From: an uncultured Shinella sp.
Lineage (GTDB): Bacteria; Pseudomonadota; Alphaproteobacteria; Rhizobiales; Rhizobiaceae
Assembly: GCA_966243085.1 (NCBI GenBank)
Contig: CBIMFD010000001.1
Span: forward strand, 11,710 to 75,709
Direction of reading: 5' to 3'
Length of the DNA stretch: 64,000 nt
The position numbers and the translations under genes are program-made. Each line of letters begins with the position of its first letter. Position 1 is the first letter of the stretch. A model generated the notes under the pieces. That model did not search any database. It saw only the letters and a list, made by a program, of their open reading frames with translations, and was not told where the DNA came from. Positions 41,279 through 50,241 of this stretch are shown piece after piece.

Positions 41279-42153
41279 CGTCGAGGCTCAGGCGCGGTGC
41301 TGGCTTCGTAATGGGCGAGGATATCCGCGCCGGTGGCGATCCAGACGTCCTCGCGTTCGGCGATCTCCGCGAGGAAATCGCGCAGAATCCGCCAGCGCAT
41401 CGGCCGTCCGGAGACCTGCGGGTGCAGAACCAGCGTACTCACCCCACCCCATTCGTGGGTGCCGGCGAACTCCTCGCGCCAGAGCGGCAGAATGGCATCG
41501 CGGCCGAAGAGAGGGCGGGGATCCAGCCTGCCGGTCATGCCGAAATTCCAGTCGTCGAACGCATAGTTGACCGGGATTTCCACAGGACCGGGCCGGCCGT
41601 CCGGCAGCCGGTGCCGATACGGTCTGATATCGTCGCGGAACGAGCTGGAATAACGTAGGCCCCGTTCCGTAAGGTAGGCGAGCAGTTCGGGAAAATTCTC
41701 GCCCGACGGAGCCCGATAGCCAACGGGCGTGACGCCGAGACGGGATTTCAGGGCGGCAAGGCCGCGGTCGATCTCCTCCATGGCTTCGTCGAGCTTGTTG
41801 GCATCGGGACATTTGTGCAGGTAGCCGTGATGGGCGATCTCGTGCCCGGCCCTGACGATCGGTTCGCAGGCCGCCGTATGGGCCTCGGCGGTCCAGCCGG
41901 GGATGAAGAAGGTCGCCTTGAGGTTCAGCATGCCCATGAGGTCGAGGATTTTGGCGATCCCCACGCGCGCGTCGTAGCCGCCGAGCGACGTGGTGACCAT
42001 GCGCTCGACATTGGCGTGGTTATTACCGATCCAGGCGGTCTCCGCATCGACGTCGAAGCCGATGAACAATGCGCTCTTCTTGCCATGCGGCCAATCGAAA
42101 TGCGGGGCGGGCGGCGCCGGGTTGAGCGGCCTGGGATTGAGATCGTATGTCAT
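41260..42153 (-). CDS. Polysaccharide deacetylase (CE4; PuuE/HpPgdA-like) hydrolase
   Basis: FDVDAE, HEIAHHGYLH, GYRAP and LHPQVSGRP. No signal peptide. Confidence 0.88.
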   Translation of the reverse strand: MTYDLNPRPLNPAPPAPHFDWPHGKKSALFIGFDVDAETAWIGNNHANVERMVTTSLGGYDARVGIAKILDLMGMLNLKATFFIPGWTAEAHTAACEPIVRAGHEIAHHGYLHKCPDANKLDEAMEEIDRGLAALKSRLGVTPVGYRAPSGENFPELLAYLTERGLRYSSSFRDDIRPYRHRLPDGRPGPVEIPVNYAFDDWNFGMTGRLDPRPLFGRDAILPLWREEFAGTHEWGGVSTLVLHPQVSGRPMRWRILRDFLAEIAEREDVWIATGADILAHYEASTAPEPRRQSASA

Positions 42154-42165
42154 GAAACCTCCTCT

Positions 42166-43575
42166 TCAGGCAAAGACCGGCCGGTCGGGTTCCGCCGATG
42201 CCAGCAATTCGGGCAGGCCGCGGCAATCGTCCTGCCGCTCCAGCGCGTCGACGAAGGCCGAAAGGTCGGCGACCTGGGCTTGTGGCAGCGCCATCGCGGC
42301 GAGGCTGTCGAACTTCGCGCGGAGGGCGACGTCGGTCATGGGGCGTTCACTGGAACCGGTGGCGCGAGGCACCACGGTCGTTCGTCTGTAGCCGTCGGCA
42401 AAGGTGACGGTTACTTCGGGTTCGTCCATTTGCGGCATGTCATGTTGGGGGTGAAGACGAATACGGCCGAGAACCGCAGCGATGCGCGGATCGCTGCGGG
42501 CGGCGGCGGAATACTGTTCGAGACCGACGCGGCCGAAGACCATGAGGGCCGCCAGCGCATAAGCGAGGCTCATCTGCGCACCCGCGAGCGTATCCAGCCG
42601 GGCCCGTCCGCACATATCCATTAGGAAGGAGCTGAGGCGCAGATCGATCGCGATTATTCCGGCAGAGTCGCGGCCGGATTCGAGGAGAATGTCGCCGACC
42701 GCGTCGATGGCGGAATGCGCGCCGCGGCATGCGGCATAGGGTTTCAGGCAGGCGCGCTCGATCTTCCAGGTCGTGCCGAGCCCGGCAGAAAATTCCTTCG
42801 GGCAACCGGCATCACGAACATACGAGCGGAAGAAACCGCCCCAGACGTCCTCGAAGACCTGCGCGGGACCGGAAAAGCCGGCGGCGGCGAGATCGGCGGC
42901 GAGCAGCCCGCCCTCGGCAGCCCGGCCGGCATGCACCTTCTTGGTCTGGCTGCCGTCGTGATTGAAGGCCCAAAGGCCGGACGAAAAGCTGGTTGCCAGC
43001 GTGAGGGCCTGGCGCAGGACGATGCCGTCATAGCCCCGAAGCCGCGCGACTGCCGCTGCCGCCGCCAGCGTGCCGCAGGTGCCGGTGGAATGCCAGCCGG
43101 CTCCGTTATGCGCGCCGTAGCCGCCGGAGGCATCCAGCACGCGCCGGCCGACCTCGTAGCCGGCGGTCAGTGCGCACAGCAGATCACCACCGGAGACGGG
43201 CGCAGCACAGGCGGGCAGGATCGCGAGCAGCGCCGGCACAACGACGGCGCCGGTATGGTCGCATCCGCCGGAATCGTCGAGTTCGAAAACATGGGCGGCG
43301 ATGCCGTTGACGAGCGCCGCCTCGCGCGGGGCCGTCCGCTGATGCGTGGCCAAAAGGGGTGTTTTCCCGTCCGGTGCGGCGAGCGCTCGCATCCGGCGGT
43401 ATTCGACGGAGCGCGTGCCGGCGAGCGCGGCGCCGAGCGTGTCGAGAAGATGGGATCGCGTGCGGGCGACGACCCGCTCCGGCAGGTCGGCGGGCGTGAG
43501 GCGAGCGCAGAATTCGGCCATTTCATCGACATGCGGCAGCGCCTGCGCGCCTTTGCGGGCTGCATTGGGCATCAT
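42166..43575 (-). CDS. MmgE/PrpD family protein
   Basis: LLDTLGAALAG, NGIAAHVFELDD, GWHSTG, KKVHAG and KPYAAC. Confidence 0.9.
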   Translation of the reverse strand: MMPNAARKGAQALPHVDEMAEFCARLTPADLPERVVARTRSHLLDTLGAALAGTRSVEYRRMRALAAPDGKTPLLATHQRTAPREAALVNGIAAHVFELDDSGGCDHTGAVVVPALLAILPACAAPVSGGDLLCALTAGYEVGRRVLDASGGYGAHNGAGWHSTGTCGTLAAAAAVARLRGYDGIVLRQALTLATSFSSGLWAFNHDGSQTKKVHAGRAAEGGLLAADLAAAGFSGPAQVFEDVWGGFFRSYVRDAGCPKEFSAGLGTTWKIERACLKPYAACRGAHSAIDAVGDILLESGRDSAGIIAIDLRLSSFLMDMCGRARLDTLAGAQMSLAYALAALMVFGRVGLEQYSAAARSDPRIAAVLGRIRLHPQHDMPQMDEPEVTVTFADGYRRTTVVPRATGSSERPMTDVALRAKFDSLAAMALPQAQVADLSAFVDALERQDDCRGLPELLASAEPDRPVFA

Positions 43576-43635
43576 CTTGTCCTCGTTCGGGCAGGCGAAG
43601 GGGCGGCCCGGCAGATCGATCGGGCCGCCGACGGA

Positions 43636-44463
43636 TCATTTCACGGCTTCACCATTGATCATAACGCTGTCGAGCGTGCTGCCGACCAGGCCATACTTTT
43701 CGAAGACGGCCTTATATTCGCCCGACGCCATGATGGCCTTCAACGCGCCGGCGACGGCATCGCGCAATTCCGGCGTCTGCTTGGAGAAGCCGATGCCCTG
43801 ATAGACTTCGGTGAAAGGTTCGCCGACGATGGCATAAGTGTCCTTTTCCAGCGTCAGCAGATAAGGCAGGGTTTCAGAACCCTGCACAGCGCCGTCGAGA
43901 CGGCCCTGCTTGAGTTGCGTGCGAGCGTCGGCCGAGCCTTCTGTGCCGACAATGTTCAGCGCGGGCTTGCCGTTCGCCTCGCAGTTTGCCGCGCTCCACT
44001 TGGCGGCCTCGTCCGGGAAGGAGGTACGACGGCTCATGCCGACGGTCTTGCCGCAAAAGTCGGTGAGGGTCTTGAACTCGTCCTTGCGCTTGGCGGAAGT
44101 GTAGAACTGTGCGCCGGAACGCATGTAGTCGACGAAATCCATGGTCTCGCGACGGGCCGGCAAGTCACTCATGCCGCTCAGGACGAGATCGACGCGGCCG
44201 GTATTGAGCGAGGAGACCATCTGCTCGAAACCGATCTCGGCCCAATCGATTTCCGTACCGAGTTGCTTGGCGAGCGCCTTGCCCAGTTCGATGTCGACGC
44301 CCATCAGTTCGTTCGTCGCGGGGTCGCGATATTCCATCGGCGGATAGTTCGGCGTGTTCGCCACCGTCAGCTTGCCGGCCGACTTGTATTTCTCGGGCAG
44401 GGCCTGTGCGTGGGCGGTGATGGCGAAGAGGCAGGCCGAGGCCGCCAGAATTGCTTTTTGCAT
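43636..44463 (-). CDS. Polar amino acid ABC transporter substrate-binding protein (alternative start 44478)
   Basis: YPPMEY, GVDIEL, DFVDY and SGEYKAVFEKYG, with a signal peptide. Confidence 0.9.
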   Translation of the reverse strand: MQKAILAASACLFAITAHAQALPEKYKSAGKLTVANTPNYPPMEYRDPATNELMGVDIELGKALAKQLGTEIDWAEIGFEQMVSSLNTGRVDLVLSGMSDLPARRETMDFVDYMRSGAQFYTSAKRKDEFKTLTDFCGKTVGMSRRTSFPDEAAKWSAANCEANGKPALNIVGTEGSADARTQLKQGRLDGAVQGSETLPYLLTLEKDTYAIVGEPFTEVYQGIGFSKQTPELRDAVAGALKAIMASGEYKAVFEKYGLVGSTLDSVMINGEAVK

Positions 44464-44492
44464 CGTAGTCGTTCCCATTGTGTTGTTTGCGG

Positions 44493-45263
44493 TTATCGTT
44501 GCACGGCCTTGAGAAAATCGGCGGTGCGGGGGTTATCGGGTTGGGTCAGGACCCGCGCCGAAGGGCCGTGCTCGATCAGCCGTCCGCCGTCCATGAAGGC
44601 GACAGTATTGCTGACGTTGCGGGCAAAGCCCATTTCGTGAGTGACGACGATCATCGTCATGCCGGAGGCGGCGAGATCGTTCATCACGTCGAGCACCTCG
44701 GCCACCAGTTCGGGGTCGAGCGCGGAGGTCGGCTCGTCAAACAGAATGAGCGAGGGACGCATGCCCATGGCGCGGGCAATTGCGACGCGCTGCTGCTGCC
44801 CGCCGGACAGTTCCGCTGGATAGCTGTCCGCCTTGTCGGCGAGACCGACGCGCTTGAGAAGCTCCAGCGCGTGCTCGCGGGCGGTTTTCAGGCTTTCGCC
44901 CAGCACCTGCACGGGTCCTTCGATGACGTTTTCGAGTGCGGTCTTGTGCGGGAAGAGATTGAAGCGCTGGAAGACCATGCCGATGCCGCGCCGCTGGCGG
45001 GCGATTTCGGCGTCGCTCAGCTCGTAGAGCTTGTTGCCGTCGCGGCGGTAGCCGATCAGCTCGCCATTGGCCCAGATCGCGCCTGAATCGATGCGCTCGA
45101 GGAGGTTGATGCAGCGCAGGAACGTGCTCTTGCCGGAACCCGACGGGCCGATGATGCAACTCACCTCCCCCTTGCGCACCTCCAGCCCCACCTCTTGGAG
45201 AGCTTTGAACGTGCCGAAGCTCTTGCAGACATCGACGGCCTTGACCAGGATTTCGTTCGTCAT
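44493..45263 (-). CDS. Polar amino acid ABC ATP-binding protein
   Basis: GPSGSGKS, LSGGQQQR, DEPTSALDPE and THEMGFA. Confidence 0.93.
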   Translation of the reverse strand: MTNEILVKAVDVCKSFGTFKALQEVGLEVRKGEVSCIIGPSGSGKSTFLRCINLLERIDSGAIWANGELIGYRRDGNKLYELSDAEIARQRRGIGMVFQRFNLFPHKTALENVIEGPVQVLGESLKTAREHALELLKRVGLADKADSYPAELSGGQQQRVAIARAMGMRPSLILFDEPTSALDPELVAEVLDVMNDLAASGMTMIVVTHEMGFARNVSNTVAFMDGGRLIEHGPSARVLTQPDNPRTADFLKAVQR

Positions 45264-45277
45264 GTCACGTCCTCCCC

Positions 45278-46144
45278 TCAGATCGTCGTGCGGCCGCGCG
45301 TGCCGCGGGCGTAGTGGCGTTCGATCCGGGACTGGATCAGCGAAAGGACGGTGACGATGGCGAGATACCAGAAGCTGGCGACCATCAACAGTTCCAGGAC
45401 GCGGGTATTGGCGTAGTAGATCACCTGCGCGTTGTGCAGGATTTCAGAAAACTGGATCACCGAGGCGAGCGACGTCAGCTTGACCATGCTGATCACCTCA
45501 TTGCCGACAGGCGGCACCATGACGCGCATGGCCTGCGGCAGCACGATGCGGCGCAGCGCTTGCATGCCCGTCATGCCGATCGTCCGGGCGGCCTCGTACT
45601 GCCCCGCATCGACCGAGAGCAAGCCGCTTCGTACGACTTCCGAGGTGTAGGCCCCCTGCTGGATGCCAAGACCCAGCATGGCGGCGACGAAGGGCGTCAT
45701 CACCTCGACAGTGTTCAGCTCGAACAGGCCGGGAATGCCGATCGTCGGGAAGATCAGCGCGAGGTTGAACCAGAGAAGCAGTTGCAGCAGCGCCGGCGCA
45801 CCACGGAAGATCCAGACATAGACGAGCGCGATATATTCGAGCACCGGATTGCCGGAAATGCGCATGATCGCGATGAGAACGCCGAGCGCAATGCCGAGCG
45901 ACATGGCCGCGACCGTCATCAGCAAGGTGTTCCATATGCCCTGGATGATGACGGGAGCGAACAGGAACTGGCCGACGACGGGCCATTCTATTTGGCCGAC
46001 GACGAAGGCGCGGATCAGCAGCGCGACCAAGAGAAGCACGATAGCGGCGAAAACCATCCGCCCGATATGCTTGCGCGGGACGAGTTCGAGATGGGCGATA
46101 TCCTGAGCATCGCTGCTGGAGTGGGGAAGCGTGGTTTGCGTCAT
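45278..46144 (-). CDS. Polar amino acid ABC permease
   Basis: FRGAPALLQL, AYTSEVVRSG and GQYEAA..IGM. Confidence 0.92.
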   Translation of the reverse strand: MTQTTLPHSSSDAQDIAHLELVPRKHIGRMVFAAIVLLLVALLIRAFVVGQIEWPVVGQFLFAPVIIQGIWNTLLMTVAAMSLGIALGVLIAIMRISGNPVLEYIALVYVWIFRGAPALLQLLLWFNLALIFPTIGIPGLFELNTVEVMTPFVAAMLGLGIQQGAYTSEVVRSGLLSVDAGQYEAARTIGMTGMQALRRIVLPQAMRVMVPPVGNEVISMVKLTSLASVIQFSEILHNAQVIYYANTRVLELLMVASFWYLAIVTVLSLIQSRIERHYARGTRGRTTI

Positions 46145-47595
46145 GCCGACGCCTCCGCGAGAGGCGCAAGCGCCACGCCACGAAGGCCCAATGCCGCCCA
46201 GGCGCGCTGCCGCGCACAGGTGTCGGCGAAGGCGGCAATCTGCTCGCGCACGCGGGCAGGAGCCGTTCCGCCCTGGCCGAAGCGTTCGGCGAGCGCGCGG
46301 ACAGGGTTGATCGTCTCGAGCACCCCCGCGGTCAGCGCCGCGTCGATCTTCGGCAGGTCGTCCTCGGTCAAGCCGTCGAGCTCCATGCCGCGCTCCTCGC
46401 AGTAGCGCACGGTCGCGCCGGAAATGTCATGCGCCTGCGCGAAAGGAATGCCCTGCCGCACCAGCCAGTCCGCCACTTCGGTCGCCAGCGTGAACCCGCG
46501 CGGTGCATCAGCGGCCATGCGCTCGGCATCGAACGTCATCGTCGCGACCATGCCGGCGAAGGCGGGCAGGATGAGGTCGAGGAGGTCGACCGTCTCGAAC
46601 AGCGCACGCTTGTCTTCTGCAAGGTCGCGATTGTAGGCAAGGGGCATCGCCTTGAGCGTGGCAAGGATGCCGGCGAGGTTGCCAATCATGGTTCCGGACA
46701 TGCCGCGCGTGAGTTCTGCAATATCAGGGTTCTTCTTTTGCGGCATGATCGAGGAACCTGTCGAATAGGAATCATGCAGCTTCACCCAGGCGAACTGGCG
46801 CGAAGCCCAGATGCAGATCTCTTCCGAAAGGCGCGAAAGGTTGACGCCGAGCATCGCCGTGACGAACAGGAATTCCGAGACCACGTCGCGACTCGCCACG
46901 GCGTCGATGGAGTTCTCGCAGGGGCGCGCATAGCCGAGGTCGCGCGAGGAGCTTTCCGGCTCGCGGGCAAAAGCCGAGCCGGCCAGCGCGGCCGCGCCGA
47001 GCGGCGAACGGTCGAAGCGGCGATCCCAGTCGATGAAGCGCTCGATATCGCGGCTGAGCGACTGCGCATGGGCCATGAGGTGATGGCCGAGCGAAACGGG
47101 CTGGGCGGGCTGAAGATGGGTGAAGCCCGGCATGACGGTCTCGACATGCTGCGCCGCCTGCCCCGCAAGGGCATCCTGTACCTGCAAAACCAGGTCCACG
47201 ATCCGCCGCGCGGTGCGGCGCAAATAAAGGCGCGTGTTGTTGGCGGTCTGGTCGTTGCGCGAGCGGCCTGCGCGCAACTTGCCGCCCAGTGGCCCCAGCC
47301 GCTCGACCAGCAGCCGTTCGTGGAAGGTGTGGAGATCTTCGTCCGACGCCTTCGGCTTTTCGCGGCCGGTGGCGACATCCGCCGCAATCGCGTCGAGTGT
47401 CTCGAGCATCTTCGTCAGTTCGTCTCCGGTGAGGACATTGGCGCGCGCAAGCTCCCGTGCGTGGGCCCTGGATCCGGCAATGTCCTCCGGGGACAGACGG
47501 AAGAAGGTGGGACTGCTTCTTGAAAGGGCAGCAAGCTCCGGCGACGGGCCGCTGGAAAAGCGCCCTCCCCAAAGCGATGTCGCTTTTTCTGTCAT
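46141..47595 (-). CDS. argH: Argininosuccinate lyase-like C-N lyase (atypical substrate pocket)
   Basis: LWGGRF, GRSRNDQ, PGFTHLQPAQP, GSSIMPQKKNPD and YNRDLAEDK. SD GGGAG before ATG 47595. Confidence 0.85.
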   Translation of the reverse strand: MTEKATSLWGGRFSSGPSPELAALSRSSPTFFRLSPEDIAGSRAHARELARANVLTGDELTKMLETLDAIAADVATGREKPKASDEDLHTFHERLLVERLGPLGGKLRAGRSRNDQTANNTRLYLRRTARRIVDLVLQVQDALAGQAAQHVETVMPGFTHLQPAQPVSLGHHLMAHAQSLSRDIERFIDWDRRFDRSPLGAAALAGSAFAREPESSSRDLGYARPCENSIDAVASRDVVSEFLFVTAMLGVNLSRLSEEICIWASRQFAWVKLHDSYSTGSSIMPQKKNPDIAELTRGMSGTMIGNLAGILATLKAMPLAYNRDLAEDKRALFETVDLLDLILPAFAGMVATMTFDAERMAADAPRGFTLATEVADWLVRQGIPFAQAHDISGATVRYCEERGMELDGLTEDDLPKIDAALTAGVLETINPVRALAERFGQGGTAPARVREQIAAFADTCARQRAWAALGLRGVALAPLAEASA

Positions 47596-47713
47596 GTCAG
47601 TCTCCCATGTCGATGAATGTGGTCCCGAAAGCAGGTTGCTCCTTGGCGACCGCTTGCACAAACGCGAAAAATCGCTAACGTTATGACAAAACCGACTAGC
47701 CCCCTGCGGGAGA

Positions 47714-48631
47714 ATGCCATTGGGTCATCCCTTCATGCCGCTGCCTTCGATGACTGCGCTGCGCGTGATGCTGGCGATTGCAGAGCGAGGCTCGACGACA
47801 GCAGCGGCGGAGAGCATCAACCTGTCGCAGAGCGCCGTCAGCAAGCAGTTGCTGACCTTGGAACACCTTCTTGGAGCCCAGGTCTTTACCCGCAAGCCCT
47901 CGGGCATGGTCCCGACGGAACTTGGCCGCATCTACCTCGAACAGGCGCAGGTGACGATGAAGGCGATGGAGGAAGCAGCGGTCCGCGCCGCCCGGCTGCA
48001 GTCCGATTCCCATACGCTCCGGCTGAAGGTGCTGCCGATCCTGGGCGATCGCTGGCTGCTGCCGCGGTTCTCCGATTTCAGTCAAAAAAACCCCGACATC
48101 GACGTCCGATACACGACATTCTCGACGAACAATCCTGCAGCACAGCCCGATGGCGCGTTCCGCTTCGGCCCTGGCCCATTCCCCGGGGAGGACTCAACGT
48201 ATCTGTTCGGAAAGAATGTTCGGCTGGTCTGCTCGCCGGCCTATCTTGCCAGGCTGGGCCGGCTCGAAACCATCGAGGATGCAGCTCGCGGTATAATTAT
48301 CGAGCATCCGGGAACGCCTTTGCATTGGGAGGATTTGGTGAACGAGTACCGCAGGCCAGGTCTTAAGCCGCAGGGCATTATGCGCTTTGACTACTACACG
48401 CTGGTTCTGCGCGCAGCGATTTCAGGCCAGGGCATGGCTCTTGTTCCGCCGCAACTCATTGAGGACGAACTGCGTGCCGAAAGCCTCGTCAATCCAGGCG
48501 GCATCGGCTATGTATCCAAGGCAGTCTACTGGTTTTCCACCCCGGGGAACCGCAAGGCAACGCCTGCATTAAAGACGTTTCAGCGCTGGCTTTTAAAAGC
48601 GGTGGAAGAGCCGCCGGAGCAAGTGAACTGA
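47714..48631 (+). CDS. LysR family (GcvA-like) regulator
   Basis: AAESINLSQSAVSKQ..LE, RWLLPR and AAISGQGMAL. Divergent from the argH-like operon. Confidence 0.9.
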   Translation: MPLGHPFMPLPSMTALRVMLAIAERGSTTAAAESINLSQSAVSKQLLTLEHLLGAQVFTRKPSGMVPTELGRIYLEQAQVTMKAMEEAAVRAARLQSDSHTLRLKVLPILGDRWLLPRFSDFSQKNPDIDVRYTTFSTNNPAAQPDGAFRFGPGPFPGEDSTYLFGKNVRLVCSPAYLARLGRLETIEDAARGIIIEHPGTPLHWEDLVNEYRRPGLKPQGIMRFDYYTLVLRAAISGQGMALVPPQLIEDELRAESLVNPGGIGYVSKAVYWFSTPGNRKATPALKTFQRWLLKAVEEPPEQVN

Positions 48632-48689
48632 CCGAAAGTCACACCTAACGGCGGCATGACCCGAACTGGCGCTCCCGCAGACAGAAACA

Positions 48690-48929
48690 TCAGGATGCCG
48701 ACGCCGACTTGGTAGGGTGCCTCGGTGCCTCCGTGTTGATGCGCGTTTTCCTTTCCGTCAAGGCTTGCGGCGAGGACTTGACTTGCCGTTCTTCACCCGG
48801 AGATTCGCCCGAGCGCGGAGGCTTCCGCTCCGCTGCTGCAGGGTGCGTTCCGTCCGAAACGCTCCCCGGATGAGGGTCTTCAACGTCAGGGGTGGGTGTC
48901 ATCGATGCAACATGTTTCCGGTCGGCCAT
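48690..48929 (-). CDS. Small hydrophilic, likely disordered protein (79 aa)
   Basis: Strong SD AGAGGAG before MADRKHVASMTPTPDVEDPHPG..., with an EcfG-like promoter upstream. Confidence 0.6.
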   Translation of the reverse strand: MADRKHVASMTPTPDVEDPHPGSVSDGTHPAAAERKPPRSGESPGEERQVKSSPQALTERKTRINTEAPRHPTKSASAS

Positions 48930-48953
48930 TAGCAAATCTCCTCTTTCGAGGCG

Positions 48954-48978
48954 AATGCGTTGGCGCCGGCAAGGTTCC
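48954..48978 (-). promoter_or_regulatory. EcfG/RpoE2 (general stress response) promoter
   Basis: Minus strand GGAAC-N16-CATT. Confidence 0.6.
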
Positions 48979-49093
48979 ACAAGAGCCCCTATGCCAGTGC
49001 CCCTCCCCGGCTTACGGACGTCGAGCCTATCCGCCAGAAAACAAGCCACAGGGAACGCCTCGCGGATGGGATCGCAAGCGTCCTCGCCGATCC

Positions 49094-50011
49094 CTACGGG
49101 CGAATACGGATGACCGACTTCCCCGCTCTGCGTCCGGTCGAGTTGAAGATGGCCACCGCATCGTCCAGGCTCGAAACGTTGCCGATGTTCGTCCGCAATC
49201 TTCCGTCCCGAACCCGCTGGAGTATCTCGGAGAGTTGCGCGCGGTCTGCCTCGACGACGAAGTCAACCGTCCGGCCATCTGCAGGTCGAACGTCCGTCGG
49301 TCCGACGACGGTGACAAGCATACCGCCGGCCCGGACCAGCGCTGCCGACCGCTTCTGGATCTCGCCCCCGACGACGTCGAACACCAGGTCGACGCCCCGA
49401 ACATCTTCAAGAGCATCGCTCCCGAGATCGACGAATTCATTTGCGCCGAAGTCGAGGACTTTCCCGCGGTCGGCGGCGCGCCCAGTACCGATGACATAGG
49501 CGCCGGCCTCTCGTGCAAGCTGCGTCACCATCGAACCCACGGCGCCGGCCGCACCGTGCGCGAGCACGGATTGCCCTGGCCGAAGACGGCCGTGCTGGAA
49601 CAGCCCTTGCCATGCGGTCAGGCCGGATATCGGCAGGCTTGCGCCCACCGCAAAGTCGATATCGCCTGGCAGGGGCGCCAGGTTGCGCGCTTCCATCGCG
49701 ACATATTCGGCAAGGGTACCGTCGCGATGCCAATCCGACAGGCCGACCACCCGCTGACCGACCGACAGCCCGGTCGTGCCATAGCCCAGCGCGGTGATCA
49801 CGCCGGCCAGTTCATGACCGAGGATCGACGGTGTCCGGTCCCGGAAGGCCCGATCGGCCCATGTCGAAGGCCATTCCAGTTCGGTGTTGACGAATCCCGC
49901 CGCATGAACCTGTACGACGACGTCGTTTATCGCCGCCCGTGGCTCTGGCCGCTCCACCAGCTTCATCCCCGCCGGTCCCGCGGCCTGGTCGGTTACAACG
50001 ATGGCTTTCAT
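49094..50011 (-). CDS. NADP-dependent oxidoreductase (MDR / quinone oxidoreductase-like)
   Basis: MKAIV, LGHELAG, GLTAWQGL and HGAAGAVG. SD GAGGAG. Confidence 0.9.
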   Translation of the reverse strand: MKAIVVTDQAAGPAGMKLVERPEPRAAINDVVVQVHAAGFVNTELEWPSTWADRAFRDRTPSILGHELAGVITALGYGTTGLSVGQRVVGLSDWHRDGTLAEYVAMEARNLAPLPGDIDFAVGASLPISGLTAWQGLFQHGRLRPGQSVLAHGAAGAVGSMVTQLAREAGAYVIGTGRAADRGKVLDFGANEFVDLGSDALEDVRGVDLVFDVVGGEIQKRSAALVRAGGMLVTVVGPTDVRPADGRTVDFVVEADRAQLSEILQRVRDGRLRTNIGNVSSLDDAVAIFNSTGRRAGKSVIRIRP

Positions 50012-50141
50012 CGGCAATGCTCCTCTACTGTTTTCCCGGTGAACAAAGGTGCTTGTGTGAACGGGGCGTTCGACGTCTCATGTTGTACAATCAGGCCGCG
50101 TGTTTGCTGATTTAAGTTGTCGCAGCGCGGCGCAGAAAATG

Positions 50142-50169
50142 CCAATAGCCGACATGTATAATTTCGATG
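50142..50169 (-). promoter_or_regulatory. Putative LysR-binding site, copy 1
   Basis: CATCGAAATTATACATGTCGGCTATTGG, 21/28 identical to 51141-51168. Confidence 0.55.
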
Positions 50170-50241
50170 CGAGCGGGTAATAGCGGGATTAGCAAGCCTG
50201 CCCGCCTTGAGATGAACAGGACGAATAAAGGGCGCAGGTCT

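Noticed and set aside
41260-42153. CE4 protein as an exopolysaccharide or peptidoglycan deacetylase, or as bona fide PuuE
   Set aside because: No export signal and no polysaccharide genes nearby. PuuE orthology cannot be established by eye.
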